In this document: piece after piece, positions 23,693 to 36,547 of the stretch
How the letters are laid out: the number at the start of each line of letters is the position of its first letter
Numbering within the stretch: position 1 is the first letter of the stretch
DNA from: Dimorphilus gyrociliatus
Taxonomy: Eukaryota; Animalia; Annelida
Assembly: GCA_904063045.1 (NCBI GenBank)
Contig: CAJFCJ010000013.1
Span: 788,156 to 852,155, forward strand
Direction: 5' to 3'
DNA length: 64,000 bases
Notes under the pieces: model-generated
What the model was told of the DNA's origin: nothing
Databases searched by the model: none
Seen by the model: the letters and a program-made list of their open reading frames with translations, nothing else
Made by a program: the position numbers and the translations under genes

Positions 23693-26600
23693 ATGATGCT
23701 TTTCTTCATCTTTCTTACCTTTTTGATTAATACTCAACTATCTCTTGGGTATCAGTGTTTGTACAGGGAGATAAGGAATTCAAGTGAATACTGCTTCGTT
23801 GATTCTAAAGTTGATTTGAATACTTCGCTAGAAGTTTGCAATTCGCTCGCTTTGAGACTGGCTACCCTTGAAAGTCAAGACGCTCTGGACGAGGTAAAAA
23901 GTCTAAACTTTTGGGCAAACTTGAGCATGTGAGGACTTCATTTAAGACTTCATTTACATAAATTATGAATCAACTTACATTTTTTTGTATTTATAACTAG
24001 ACTGGTCAGCGTTTGGCTACCTTTACATAGTAAGTTGAGTGGATGGCGGTGGGATGACTGTCTACCGGTGACTTTTGATAATTGGAAGAATCCTATTTAT
24101 AAAGATAAAGAACCTGGCTCTTGTGCGTATATGCACCCGAATAGGGATTGTGTTTGGTACCCAATTTCTTGCTCCTCTACTACTATTTATCCTCTATGTA
24201 CTAATCGACCTTTAGACTGTCCAGAAGGTAAAGTATACTATTCCATTAGAATTCGTATGGATAATTCTTTAATTTATTTTTAATAAAGAAACTACAATTG
24301 CACAAACGACAAGCCGAATCACTTCTGCACCTCCCACTTCTCCTTCAACTATTACTTCAACCTCTATACTACCAACTTCAACTAAAATGCAAACAAAGAT
24401 ACAAACATCACTAGCACCACTATCATCATCATCATCGTCATCATCATCATCATCATCACCAACAACAACAACAACTAGTCATCCTCGATCTTCGCATTAT
24501 TCAACTAAAATTTTCTTTATCTCTCCCTCAGTTTCTACTTTTCAGACACAAAAAACAACTCAATTAGTCAACGAAAAATCTTCTATTCCAACATCTGTTG
24601 AAACAGCTACGCATCCTTCAACAATTTCAACTGAGAAAAACGAATATCAAACAACATCGAACCCGATTGATGAAAATATAAGAAAACTAAATCGTTAGTA
24701 ATGAATTAAACTCTATTTAATGAATTGATAACAACTTTATACACATCATAAAAAACAGCTATATCTTGCCATAAAAATAGGATTTACGAAGATTCGTTTC
24801 ATTATAGATGGGTCAAGGGTTACACGATTATAATTATGTGTAAATTAGGTTACGAACTACCAGACGGAACAACCTCTAGGACTTTTATTTGTACGAAAGA
24901 ACAGCAATGGAAAGATCAGATTTGCAGACGTAATATAAAATATATATTTTATACAATAATGAAAAACCCTGTTCATTGCAGCAAAGAGATGCAACTTGAA
25001 TGATGGAAACGTCATTAGCTACAATTCGAACACGATAGTAAAATGTCCTATAGAATTTTCTCAACATTGTACTTCTGTTGGAAGATTGTCTACAAATTCT
25101 TGCGAAAAGAAGCACATTTCCTGTGGCTTCTTCCCTTATATAACTAATCATTCTACAGTTGAATTGGATAGTACAAAAGATTATCTTATTTTTAAGTGTA
25201 ACGAAGGCTACAGATTCCCCAAGGGGGAGCGTATCAGAAGATTTTATTGCAAAAATAATAATTGGATACCTGAAACAGATGGTGATAGCCGATGCTTAGG
25301 TTTTGCAATTAGTCTTATAAAGTCTACCCTCCTTTCTATAGCAATTAATTGTTTACAGCTCTCACTTGCCCACCAGTACCAAGAGTTGACAACGCCGAAC
25401 CAAACACAACTTTAAGCATTTTTGACACAGTAGTCGAATACAAATGCCGAGTATCTTTTCACGTTGCCCCATTGATAAATAGCCAAGTGATTCGCTGCAT
25501 AGATCCAGGAATCTGGAACGGTAGCGTAAGATCTTGTTACGGTAAGATCCAAATACGTTGAGATTTCCCTATTATTAAAAAACAAGTATGATTAAATGTC
25601 TTATTTGTGAGAGACGTTTCTTTTTAGAGATTGATTGCGGAGAGCCTAAAGAATTGAAGGGATCGGAGAGATACTTTAATTCTACAACATATAATTCAAC
25701 TGTTGTTTATCGTTGTCCTAAAGGGCGCAGATTCTCCGATGGAACTACTCAAAAAGTATCAGTTTGTCTAAAAACATCTAAATGGCTTTTAATAGTTGAC
25801 GATTGCGATATTAATCGTTGCCCACCTCCTCCGCAAATATCAAATGCTTCAATTTTTTTCAAAAATACAAATCTTGGCAGTTTTGCCTACTATGAGTGCC
25901 GAAAAGGTCATGAAAAGACAAAAAACATATCTGGGGCAGTTATCTGTTCCGAAAGATTAAGATGGGAGGGTAACTTTCCAGTTTGTTCAAGTGAATTTTG
26001 TTAAATAGAACAAACAAAAAAAACAGGAATTTTATTAAAGATCTTGTTTTTTTTTTCTCAATTACAGTTGTTCGTTGCATGAGCTTGAATGTTTCGCAAG
26101 ATGTTGTTCTCAGTTCTCTTGATTCTCATTATAATTCTATAATAAATATATCCTGTAGGAATGGTTATTATTCAACATTTCCTAGTAATTTTTCACGATG
26201 CTCTGATGGAGGAGAATGGACAATAGAAGTTCCTTTCAATGTTTGTCAACGTCAGTTTTTTTTCATCCATAAATTGTACAACTCTAGTTAAAAACTATAC
26301 GTTTTCTCTTTTTTACCAAAGCAGCCATAAGTTGTTCGGAACCGTTACGTAAAAAGTATTCTTGGTACACTAAGTCAGCAAACTATGTCTTTGGAGATTC
26401 TATCGAGTTTCACTGCTTCAATGGTTTTGATTACGGAAAGGGCAAATTCTCATTTCATTCGAATTGTACAGTTTTTGGTTTATGGTCGAACGATAATGAT
26501 TGTAAAAAAACGGAATGCCCTTTCCTTGGCTTATGGGATGACTACGTTGCAAATAGTTCTGAAAAATTCTTCTCAACAGTTATCAATGTTACTTGCCAAA

Positions 26601-26918
26601 GTGGTTATTTTTTAAATAATGGTTTTGTCGTAACGCAATGTAATAAAACTGGTGATTGGGAGCCGTCTATTCCAGATTGTATTGGTTCGTTGATTGTAAA
26701 TTGAAAAATATAGAATAAATAATGAAATTCTGTCAATTTTAGATGGAGAACGTGAAACTAAAGACGTTCCTGTCGAGGCAAAATATTCTTCGAATATTGG
26801 AACTGCTGCAATTGTTATTTTAAGTGTAATTCTTTTCTTTATAATTGTATTAGACTTCATTACTATTGCGACTCAATATATGACAAAATCATCTGAAAAA
26901 TCTGTAATTATTATCTAA
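23693..26918 (+). CDS. Type I membrane protein: signal peptide, C-type lectin domain, Ser/Thr-rich stalk, about 9 Sushi/CCP domains, TM helix, short tail (selectin/furrowed-like architecture)
   Basis: Lectin signature LATLE...GWRWDD...FDNWK...EPGSCAYM...WYPISC..IYPLC. Repeated C-P/E..N...Y.C..GY/F....C....W....C modules follow. The last exon reads NIGTAAIVILSVILFFIIVLDFITIATQYMTKSSEKSVIII-stop (TAA 26916-26918). Confidence 0.88.
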
Positions 26919-27345
26919 AAGTTAAACATAGTAATTTTTTTGTTATCGTATTCTCAAATTTAAGAACAAACATGTCGTAAAAGGAACACTTTTCTTCTTT
27001 TATTCTTTGTTCGAAAGAAAAGATTCTATCTATCTATTTTTGTTATTGTTATAACTATGTATACTAATTATATTAAGGAAAAGACTATTTGTCGTACAAA
27101 TATAATTAAGACTTATTAATAAACAGATTTAGTTTACAAATTAATTATGAATAATCTGCTTACAAGAACATTTTAAATTAGATTCTTAGACGAGTTTTTA
27201 TCTCAGGTTTAGCACAAAACATTTGTATTGTCTATTATTATCCTTAAAACTCTTTTGCGTACAAAAAAAGAAAGTATTTTTTTGGCGGACGTAGAATAAT
27301 TCCATATATCGCCATTTCCCGTTTAGTAAAAACTTTTAACAAACA

Positions 27346-27357
27346 GGCCATCTGGTG
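27346..27357 (-). promoter_or_regulatory. CTCF-like motif CACCAGATGGCC
   Basis: Motif similarity only. Confidence 0.3.
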
Positions 27358-29055
27358 ATATTTATTGAAATGAGATACGAGTTTATTCCATTGCGTAAAA
27401 GGGGTGTAAGGAAGACTAAATATCAACTCTCCCAATAAAATACCTCATGTAAAAATCTCAATCTCACACAAATTAGTAATAAACCCGTCTAATATTTATT
27501 GATTAATAAATTTTCAGCTTGACTTTTGATTTCTTTAACGAAACGTTTAGCACAAATACCTTCTTCCCCCACTATAATTGACTATTCCATATTGGAACAA
27601 CGGAAAGGGAACTTTTCATACTTTTAAAAAGAAGATAATTATTTTCTCTATTATTTGAATAACAAAATATCTAGAGGAGTTGTGGAAGGGGTGGTGGGGG
27701 CGAAAAAGAAATAAAATCATATTACAAAAGTATGTCAAATACATGCGAAAAGCTCATAAACTTTAAGCTGAATGAGTTATACAATGCGATGATAGATAAG
27801 AAAGAGATTCCCCCTTTCTAACATAGACTTTTCTTTATCTTTGGTAGAGATTGATAGTTGAAGATTTTTATAATACTATCGAGATAATATGTGTATACAC
27901 GCTCCTTAATTACTATTATAATGACAGAAATTCTAATAAATACCAAATTAATTTCTAATTTTCTTATCATGTAGCTTATTAGTTTTTTTTTTACCATTCT
28001 AGTTTGTATGGTTTAGATTTGTACCACTTTAATCTTATAACCTTGAAGGAAATACCTTTGAATTATCTTTTAAAAATGACTTATGAAACATCTGGTAGGA
28101 TTTGCTTATTTTGAAAAGTTTATTTTTTATTCTTATAGGGGGGGGGGAGGGGGAGAATGAGGATAAGGAGGAGGAGGAAGTCGAGGGGGATGTCGAGTTT
28201 GACAAACGTAAGTATCTATTTATAGAATAGTCGTCATTCGCTTTTTTCGATTTCAATTTTCTAAAAATACAGCAACCTACAATAAACTACGTAATTGAAA
28301 AATCCATATTAAATTAATGACAAAAATAGCTATTCTTCCGAAATCTTCTTGATAAATGAATACGATGGGAAAAAGTGTCTGCAAAGTAATTATTTTAAAA
28401 ACAAATAGAATAACCCATTTCAGCATGGACTGGACGCTGGACGAGTTTAATACTGAAATAGAGTTTGCTATTTATTTTTATATCTAAAAACTGTCCTCTT
28501 CATTTCGTTGAGTAGTACATTTTAAACTTTTCCGGGTTGGCCTATATCATAATAAACTCGTCCGAATTGGTGAGATCGCGCGATTCTTTGATAATAGATA
28601 TAAAACGCAATTTTACACATTGAGATAAGAAAAACTCTAATTTACAACAAAAAATCTATGCGGCTTTATCTTTCTCTAATTATTGAATATGTAAACTTGA
28701 TTTAAAATTCTTATCGCTTAAATAAAGTAGCCATCCGATACCTAGTGATAACAGGAATAGACTCGCCTGGTATGGTTTTGCGAGAAATGCCCGATAAGGA
28801 AGTGTTGTAGATTTGAGAGAATTTACTATTAAAAAGAACCTAAAGCAATTTCTTTATCTACTTTTCGATTATAATTAATGAATAAAAGTTTTAATCTGAA
28901 AGTTTGAAAAATTTAACTTCCTATCTGTGGTTTTTGAAATGGTTTTCGATAACTGATATCGGCTATCGCTATAATAGACTCGCCTTCCGATTTCGCTAGC
29001 TATGGCACATCCCTCCAAGATAAAGATTTAGACTAGTCTAAAATATATACACGGT

Positions 29056-29070
29056 CACTAGATGTCTCTT
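29056..29070 (+). promoter_or_regulatory. CTCF-like motif CACTAGATGTCTCTT (copy 1)
   Basis: An identical 15-mer occurs at 30653-30667. Confidence 0.35.
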
Positions 29071-30652
29071 TAGCCAAAAAACTTGCTTAATTTCAAGAGA
29101 AGTAATTGATACGATGGGAAACGAAAGAAATTCGACATGTCTAAAGAAAACCTTGGAAAGTTCGTTATACTCTATATGACAAAAGTATAAGTGCAAAATA
29201 TGCTCAAATTAATGGATAAGAGAGATAGATAGATAGATAGAGAGAAAAGAAATATTTGTCCCCTGTCCAATATTTACAATCTCTTCGTTTCCTCAACTTT
29301 CCTCCACCTCCTCCCCTCCCATTCTCCCCTCTCCTCAACTCAGTTTGATTTATTCCGGTAAAAAAATCACTGCTTTATTATTCATAGTTTTAATATAAAA
29401 AAAACCGTGATAAAACCAAAGGGGAGGGAAGCTTCAAAAGGATAAATCACATCCCTTTTTTCAAACTCCCTGCAATAAGCAATTTGTATAGATTATTATA
29501 TATTAATATATTACACAGGCTGATGTCTTAGTGAACCTTGACCTAAGACTTTAAAAGTTATAAATTAGGTCTTTAAAAAAGAAATTGAAATGACAGAAAT
29601 AAATAAGTTGTCTTATAATTTAAACAAGTAACATATTGCTTTGTTACTGATAACGGTTGTCGAAATAATGAAGGATATACTTTCCCGCCCTTGACCTTAT
29701 TACAATAATATATCTTGGATAAAGTCATAAAAATGAATTTGTAAGAACTTGAGAAGAGAATACGTAATTTGTTTCGTGCGTAGAATAATCTATGCTATAT
29801 AAATTTTTAAAAGAGAGAATACTATAGGTTATAATTAATTATTACTTATCCTCTCTTTTAAACGATTTAAACCAATTTTTTTCTATTTCTTCTCTTCCCT
29901 AATTTATATTCTTTTCCTCTCATTTTTCATAATTATCTTAGTCAGCTTCTCTCAGTTTTATTTATGAATTCAAAAATTTTCTTCCTGAAGATTAGCAGAA
30001 GATTCTTAAAGATCTTTTAAAGTTTTATAATCGGCTGTAAAACAGAGGAAAATTTTTTAAAAGTACGTCTCTTAGGCTTTCAAAAACAAATTAATGTTTT
30101 TTTCACACGCTTTCCCCGCTATCCTCCCTCTCCATTTTAGTACGTTCCTTCCTATTGCCATCCGTAACCCCCCGCCTATATTATAATATTTGTTTTTTTT
30201 CGCCATAGTGGCTTTTAGTAAAAATTTTAATGTCACTAATTGCTTTTGTCACAAATGGAGGCTAAGTACTTTGTTGGAAAAAATGACCCAGAAATTTGTA
30301 GGCCTAGTCTCAGTACAGTTTATCTTATGGGGATGTCTGTTTTGCGTAATACACTTATTGTATAGAGAAAATTTACAAGAAATATCTTAATAAAGGTACA
30401 AATTTTTACGCGAACCATCCTTTCGAAACAATGAATATTTATGTATAGACCAGAAGCTTTTCTATGGTTGACTAAAAGGGAAATCATATGATAAAACCCC
30501 TTGATTTAGTTAGTCAATGCATATCAAATTTATACACTCTCTATTAATGCAACGTCTCCTATAATGAGCTTTCAGACGGAGAAAACTAAATAAAAATTTA
30601 AGCTATCACCCCTCCCCCCCTCTCCTCCTCCTTCTAATAACCTTTAAGAAGA

Positions 30653-30667
30653 CACTAGATGTCTCTT
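30653..30667 (+). promoter_or_regulatory. CTCF-like motif CACTAGATGTCTCTT (copy 2)
   Basis: An identical 15-mer occurs at 29056-29070. Confidence 0.35.
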
Positions 30668-31655
30668 ATTATTTATATAAAAAAAAACATATAAAGATTG
30701 TTAACAAATATTCATTACTTTTTGATCTTTTCAAGGAAAATTTTTCTGATGCTGATTAATTGATAATCAATAACTTTGGAAAAGAGCATAGAGTGTAAAG
30801 AAACACACAACTATCAATATAAAAGGTTGGTACTAAAAGAAATTTACAAACAAAACAGCGGTTTTAATTTTATTAAAAGAGAAAACTATATAGAAAGGTT
30901 GATTGATAGACAGATAGATAGATGGGGGAGAAGGGGGTAAGAGAAGAAACATTAAATATCTGCAGATGAGAGACATAGGGAAATAATAAGCTTTAAAATA
31001 TAGACGTATGATTGTATAATCTTGTATATTAACTAGAAAATTGTAATATTATATATAAGCCATTGTATATATTCTTGTATTGTTTTATTACTATAGAAGT
31101 TTTGAAGTAGCCTTAAGGCTAAAATCTTTGCTATTATAAAAATATCTCTTATCCTAGTTTAAATATAGAAATATATTGTATTTACTAGTATACTTCGTTA
31201 CAAGTTAGAGATTTAAAAAAAGTTAATTGTGGACGAGTTTAAAAAATCAGATTAGGCGTGTCCTCTCAATAAATTATAAAAAACGTTTCTTTTTTTATTC
31301 AAAAACCATTATTCTTTTGAATTTAAAAAGATATTCTAATATTAATTTCCGTCTGTTCTAACTTTTTATGATTTACAATTGAAAATTGAAAATATATATG
31401 TACATATCAATCCTTGTATAAAAAGTTAACACCCCTCATATTACAATTATCATTTAATATACTTTTAATAAGAACAAGCAGAAAGTTTACTGTGGACGGT
31501 GATCTTTGTGTAGAATGATACATTCTTCGATTGTTGATGTCAGATAACGATGTGTTGCGTTACTTGAGTGAAATTGTAACAGTCTACACTGTGTATATTC
31601 GCTTTTCCTTTTGTAACGAAACATGAAAGAAGTTCGTTTTTAAGTTTCTAGTAGA

Positions 31656-31667
31656 CACTAGATGGCG
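31656..31667 (+). promoter_or_regulatory. CTCF-like motif CACTAGATGGCG
   Basis: Close to the CTCF consensus core. Confidence 0.45.
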
Positions 31668-32163
31668 TATGGAAATATTGAACTTGAATGGCGGAAATAC
31701 AATCTTTATCAAGTTTTGTATCTTTGGTAGTTCTTAATCGTTTATTGACCTTTCATTAAAGTTTTGTTTTCTGTGCAAGTATTTTTATTGGGAGAAAAAA
31801 AGTTACAAAAGTTCTTAAACAAATTATGCTCGAAAAATCATACAATGTTAATGAATGTCAAATAGGAAACAATCGAATAATGAATTTTACTATCTAGCAT
31901 TCAAGTAAAATTTTATGTAACACAATGGATGCAATACTTAAATGTACGTTTTACTTACATTTCAGGCGTAAAAGTATTGACAACTAAATAATACCTTGAA
32001 GCACATTAAATAGTATATATTATTTATATACTTGATTAAACTTATATAAATGACACATCAATGCAACAGGCCCACCACTCGGGTGAAAAGAGTTTTATAA
32101 CATTCATATATATATATATATATATGTACCTTTTTAATATAAATTTTTTCTTAATAACATACA

Positions 32164-34613
32164 TCATACTTTGACATCTTCTTTCACATCACTCGAAGTA
32201 GTAACTTCCTCAGTATTTTCATTTTCATCATCATCTTCATCGTCTACATTTTCGTTTGCTTTGTCTTCTTCCTGATCAGTATTCTCAACCTTGTTCTCTA
32301 AATCTTGGCAAGGGTCTTGTAAAGCCAATCCTTGTTGAACCAATATAGTGTTGATGTGTAGATCCTAGAATATAGAATGTTGTGCAAAGAATGTTATTTT
32401 TTTTCAATACTTGTGTAAATGCTAGACTTGAATTGAAAATTTAAACACGCGACAAGATAGTGTTTTAAGTAGAAAAAAAGAAATACCGTATCTCCGACAG
32501 GAATGTATAAGTCGACCAATGGCTCATCATTGGCGTAACCTCTAACAGAGGCAACCATCTTTTGCGCATGTAGCATAGACTCTACTCTTTGCACAACGTC
32601 ATCTGGCGCACCTAGAGCAACAAATACCTTGTCAAATATAGTTGATCTAATCGTATAAGGTTAATCTTTTTTATTTTACCAGAGTTAATCTTTAAACCAG
32701 CCAGTCTACATTTGACTGCTTGGAAAGGTAGGCTCAAAAAGTCGATTCGTAATTGTCTTAAAGTGAAGCACGATACTCTCTGATAGCCACCATAGTCGAC
32801 ATACTTCACCTCACACTCATCTTCCTCGGGATAATATTTTCGTACAATGGCTCGATACCATCCATTATTTAGAGGAGCAGCACACACAATATTTGGTCGC
32901 ACAGGACGAGGTAATTGAGGAATTGTGGTATTTGCGTCAGTGTACACAAATTTCATGCATTCAATCAGCCTGCGAAAGTCGCAATAGCTAGGATGTCTAG
33001 ATAATTGAATAAATAACTCGCAAGGACTGTAAACACTTGAAACGACTACGTCGTGCTTCCCCTCAGTTAAGTTTAAATGAAGATCTCCCCAGTTGTATAT
33101 TGGACCATCTTGAGTTTGATCAATATCAGACAAATCAACTTCTCGGAAGCGTTTTTTCAATATATTTAATGCTCTTTCAACTGCAGGAGGGCTGCCTGTA
33201 AAATTAGAAATATTTTCATCAGAAAATTTGTAACAAATACGAAATTATCGTCGAACCTTTAAGGATACACAATTGATGGTCTTTATCAAATACCTTCGGT
33301 TTCATTGACAATTGAACTCCCGTTCTAGCTATTATACTGTCAACATTTTTACCGCTTCGACCAATCAAGAGTCCAACCAATTCTGAAGGAAAGTTAATTG
33401 TATGACGTCGTACAGGCTCAGTGCCATCATCGACATCGTTGTTTCCTCCAATACGAATTATAAATTCTCCATCACTGCCACTGGCTCCGTTGCCACTGTC
33501 ATTTGAGCACTGGAGAGGTTATTTATAGATTAGTTTTGTATAGCAAAAAAAAAGAAAGATCTTTACGTCTTTGAAAGGTGACGCGTTGATATTTACCTCA
33601 GCCTCGTCATTGCTACTGCAAGGCTCGTGTTTATTTTCCTTGGAAGCACAAGCCTCGTTTGATAATGTTGATGTTTCTTCACTTTTTGATTCAGTAGTAC
33701 CTTTTGTCTTTAAAATAACCTTTTTGTGTTTTTTAGGAGCTTTAGCCTCATTTAAATGCTGTTCATTTTCAGTTACTTTTTTGTTTGTGCTCGTACTGTT
33801 GCGTTGAAGTTGAAAGTTAACGCGCTTCGACTTTTTTATCTTTGTCTTTTGTTTCATAGGACTAATAAACTCTGAAGATGTGGTATTCTTTCTATATACT
33901 TTTACATGAGACGCATCCAAAGGATCATCAGAATGTTCATTTTGAACTTGAGCAATATTTTTCACAGTACCGTCTTTATCTGAGATTGAGGGGGTTTGCG
34001 ACTCTTTTTCAGTGTCTGAGGTAGGAGTAGCATTGTCAGCTTCATTTTCAAGCACCTCCTCCGATTCAGCCACAGTTTCAGGAAAAGTAGATAGTTCTTG
34101 CACACAACTTTTCTTGTTGTCAATTGACTCGAATTTTTCAACTTCTTCTGCCCATGATGACCGACTAGATGTTCTGAGCTTCGGTGAATCATCCGACCCA
34201 CTCTCGATTTCACTTTGAGGTCTTACCGCTGGCCATTTGAGTTTTTCGTATTCGCCCGATTCGTTTTTTTCATCAAGATGTTCATCATCAGTTTGCTCAT
34301 CATCTGAATAGGTTTCATATTCTAAATTACGATTTCTTATCAAACCACCCTTATTTGTTGGATTGCTATCATTAGTTGATTTTTGATTCTCAGATGTATT
34401 GAAAGTGTGCTTTGAATCAATATCTTCGGGTTTAACTCCCTCTTTTAACGGTTTTTCGCTGTCAGTTAATTTCTTTTCTTCAGAGTTTGACATTATAGCC
34501 TTGTCTTTATTAGAGTTATTCTTTTCTTTGAATTTTTTTCTACGAAACCAAATTAATGCTACGATCACTGCACACACGGGAACGGATATAACCAAACAAT
34601 TCCTAATCGACAT
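32164..34613 (-). CDS. AKAP1: A-kinase anchor protein 1 / spoonbill-like: N-terminal mitochondrial anchor, low-complexity linker, KH domain, Tudor domain
   Basis: N-terminus MSIRNCLVISVPVCAVIVALIWFRRKK; KH domain FPSELVGLLIGRSGKNV; Tudor domain VCAAPLNNGWYRAIV...VKYVDYGG...LRQLRIDFLSLPFQAVKCRLAG. Stop TGA at 32166-32164. Confidence 0.9.
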
Positions 34614-35160
34614 ATTCTTACTGAAAAATAGTTAATGAAATATTACATTATGTATGCGTTGTCGATAAGCAGTTGTATATATTCAATTATAACCAAAAAA
34701 GAGCAAAGATGGTGGCCTTTCAAAAACTAAGGATTAAATGTATCTATTTACCTGACAATTCCAGAAAATCTTAATCGTACTGTTGTACGATAGTTAAATA
34801 TATCTCTCCGATTACTTGAGAATACGTAAAATACACGCTTCTCTGAGAGTCTAGGAGAAAAATTTACACATATTGACCAACACACGGCACACGTGGTATG
34901 AAATAGCGCAGAATCTCGTCTCGACTTCTACGAGACTTACGCAAATTTTCGAAATAACACTTTTAAATATGTAAAAGGATTTTTTGTTTTTTTTTTGCAT
35001 TAAGGGATACCTTAATAAAATTTATCTTAAAGCTACTCCAATTATTTTTTAGACATATTTATAATATTTATAATAAAATTTCTATACAAAATATAGTACT
35101 TATAAAGCAAGGCTCCCGTTCCGCTGGAAACAGGTCATTAAACGAACCAGACCAGACTAT

Positions 35161-35187
35161 TTTGCGCGAAATCCTAAAATGACGTCA
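35161..35187. promoter_or_regulatory. E2F-like (TTTGCGCGAA) and CRE (TGACGTCA, 35180-35187) motifs in the AKAP1/NAGS divergent promoter region
   Basis: Motif matches between two head-to-head genes. Confidence 0.35.
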
Positions 35188-35962
35188 CAGTTTGTCTATT
35201 TTGATCGGCCGCTGTGGCTATTCCATCCATATAACATGTGAAGATTTTCCCCGATAAATAGCGCATTCGATAAGAAGTTACATCATCCCATTAATGAAGG
35301 TAAACTTACTGTTTAATGTTCTAAGTTTTAATAATTTCTTTCTAGTGATTTAGTTAATTCTCATAAATAAAATATATCCTAAATAATAAAACTGTAACGT
35401 GCCAAAGAAATTTAACATACTAACCCATTTTTAACATTTTAAAAATCAATTCTTTTATTGCCGATTAAATTTACTATTGTCTGGTGTAATATTAAGCTAT
35501 TACTATACATTAAAATGGATATGAAACAATACGATCTTCACAACTAAAGGATACCTATAAGCAATACTATTGTTGAAAATATTGTTAAGTATTTGCCACT
35601 AGAACGTCATTAGAAAAAAACCTTCTATTTATTGTCCGTTTGCGCTGACCTAACAGTTAATATATAATATATTTTTTTCAAAAGCTTGCTAACTATTTGT
35701 TTCAACTTAAAAAAACATTTACAGTTTTTGCTAAGTTAAAATAATGATAATAGAAAAGTTAAAACACTTGCCTTTGTTGTGAATTTTTGTGGATAACTGT
35801 TAACTTCAAGATTCTGTACGTAATTGAGTGACAAAACACAGTCGTCCTTTATTTGGAGGTGCCTGGTGAGAGTTAGAGCTAAAGATTCTCTTTTTTCTGT
35901 TTATTTACTTCGACAGAGTCATGTCATCTACTCATCTAGTTTCTAGCCGTCTATTCTTTACA

Positions 35963-35972
35963 GCGCATGCGC
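35963..35972. promoter_or_regulatory. NRF1-type palindrome GCGCATGCGC upstream of NAGS
   Basis: Exact consensus match in an otherwise AT-rich intergenic region. Confidence 0.45.
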
Positions 35973-36547
35973 CTAATAATCTGATTTTGTTCAAATTAAA
36001 CGACACTCTAAGGTTAAATTAAATACCCTGGCGGATTACTACCAGCCAATATTTATTTCTTTCTTTATTTTTAAAGAAATAAACACTTTTCAAACTTTTA
36101 AGAAGTATTTAGTAGTTTAAATATTGTACACTATGAGGAATATTGAAGAATTTTGATTATGTTCTTTTGTTCTTTTTTTTTAACATTAATTTAATCGGTC
36201 ATCTATAACAAAACCTTAAAAAAATTAAATTATAACCAACTGAAGCTTATCAATAGAAAAAAAAATAAAAAGAGAACTCCTTTTCGAAATGTAGAGTTGA
36301 GAAAAACTTATGCTTTTTCACATATATGATAACTTGTCCTTCTTTAAAAGTAACTATAATTTTACATATATCAGTTAAAAGCTTTTTTAAGATTAAATAC
36401 GTTTATATATATATTATATCGCTGTTCTTAATAAATCTATTTTAAACAGACCTAAAAGCCTCACTGGAGCAAAATTTGTTATTATCGAGAGATTAATAAG
36501 AAAAGAAAATTAAAAAAAAAATTAAAAAAAAAAGACCTTCCAAAAAA

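Noticed and set aside
28035-28256. 73-aa Ser/Pro-rich ORF preceded by an acceptor-like site
   Set aside because: The open frame comes from a G-rich low-complexity tract, it has a non-ATG start, and I could not link it to other exons.
34811-34830. Partial resemblance to mature miR-137 (CTTGAGAATAC)
   Set aside because: Only 11 nt match, the seed differs, and I could not see a hairpin.
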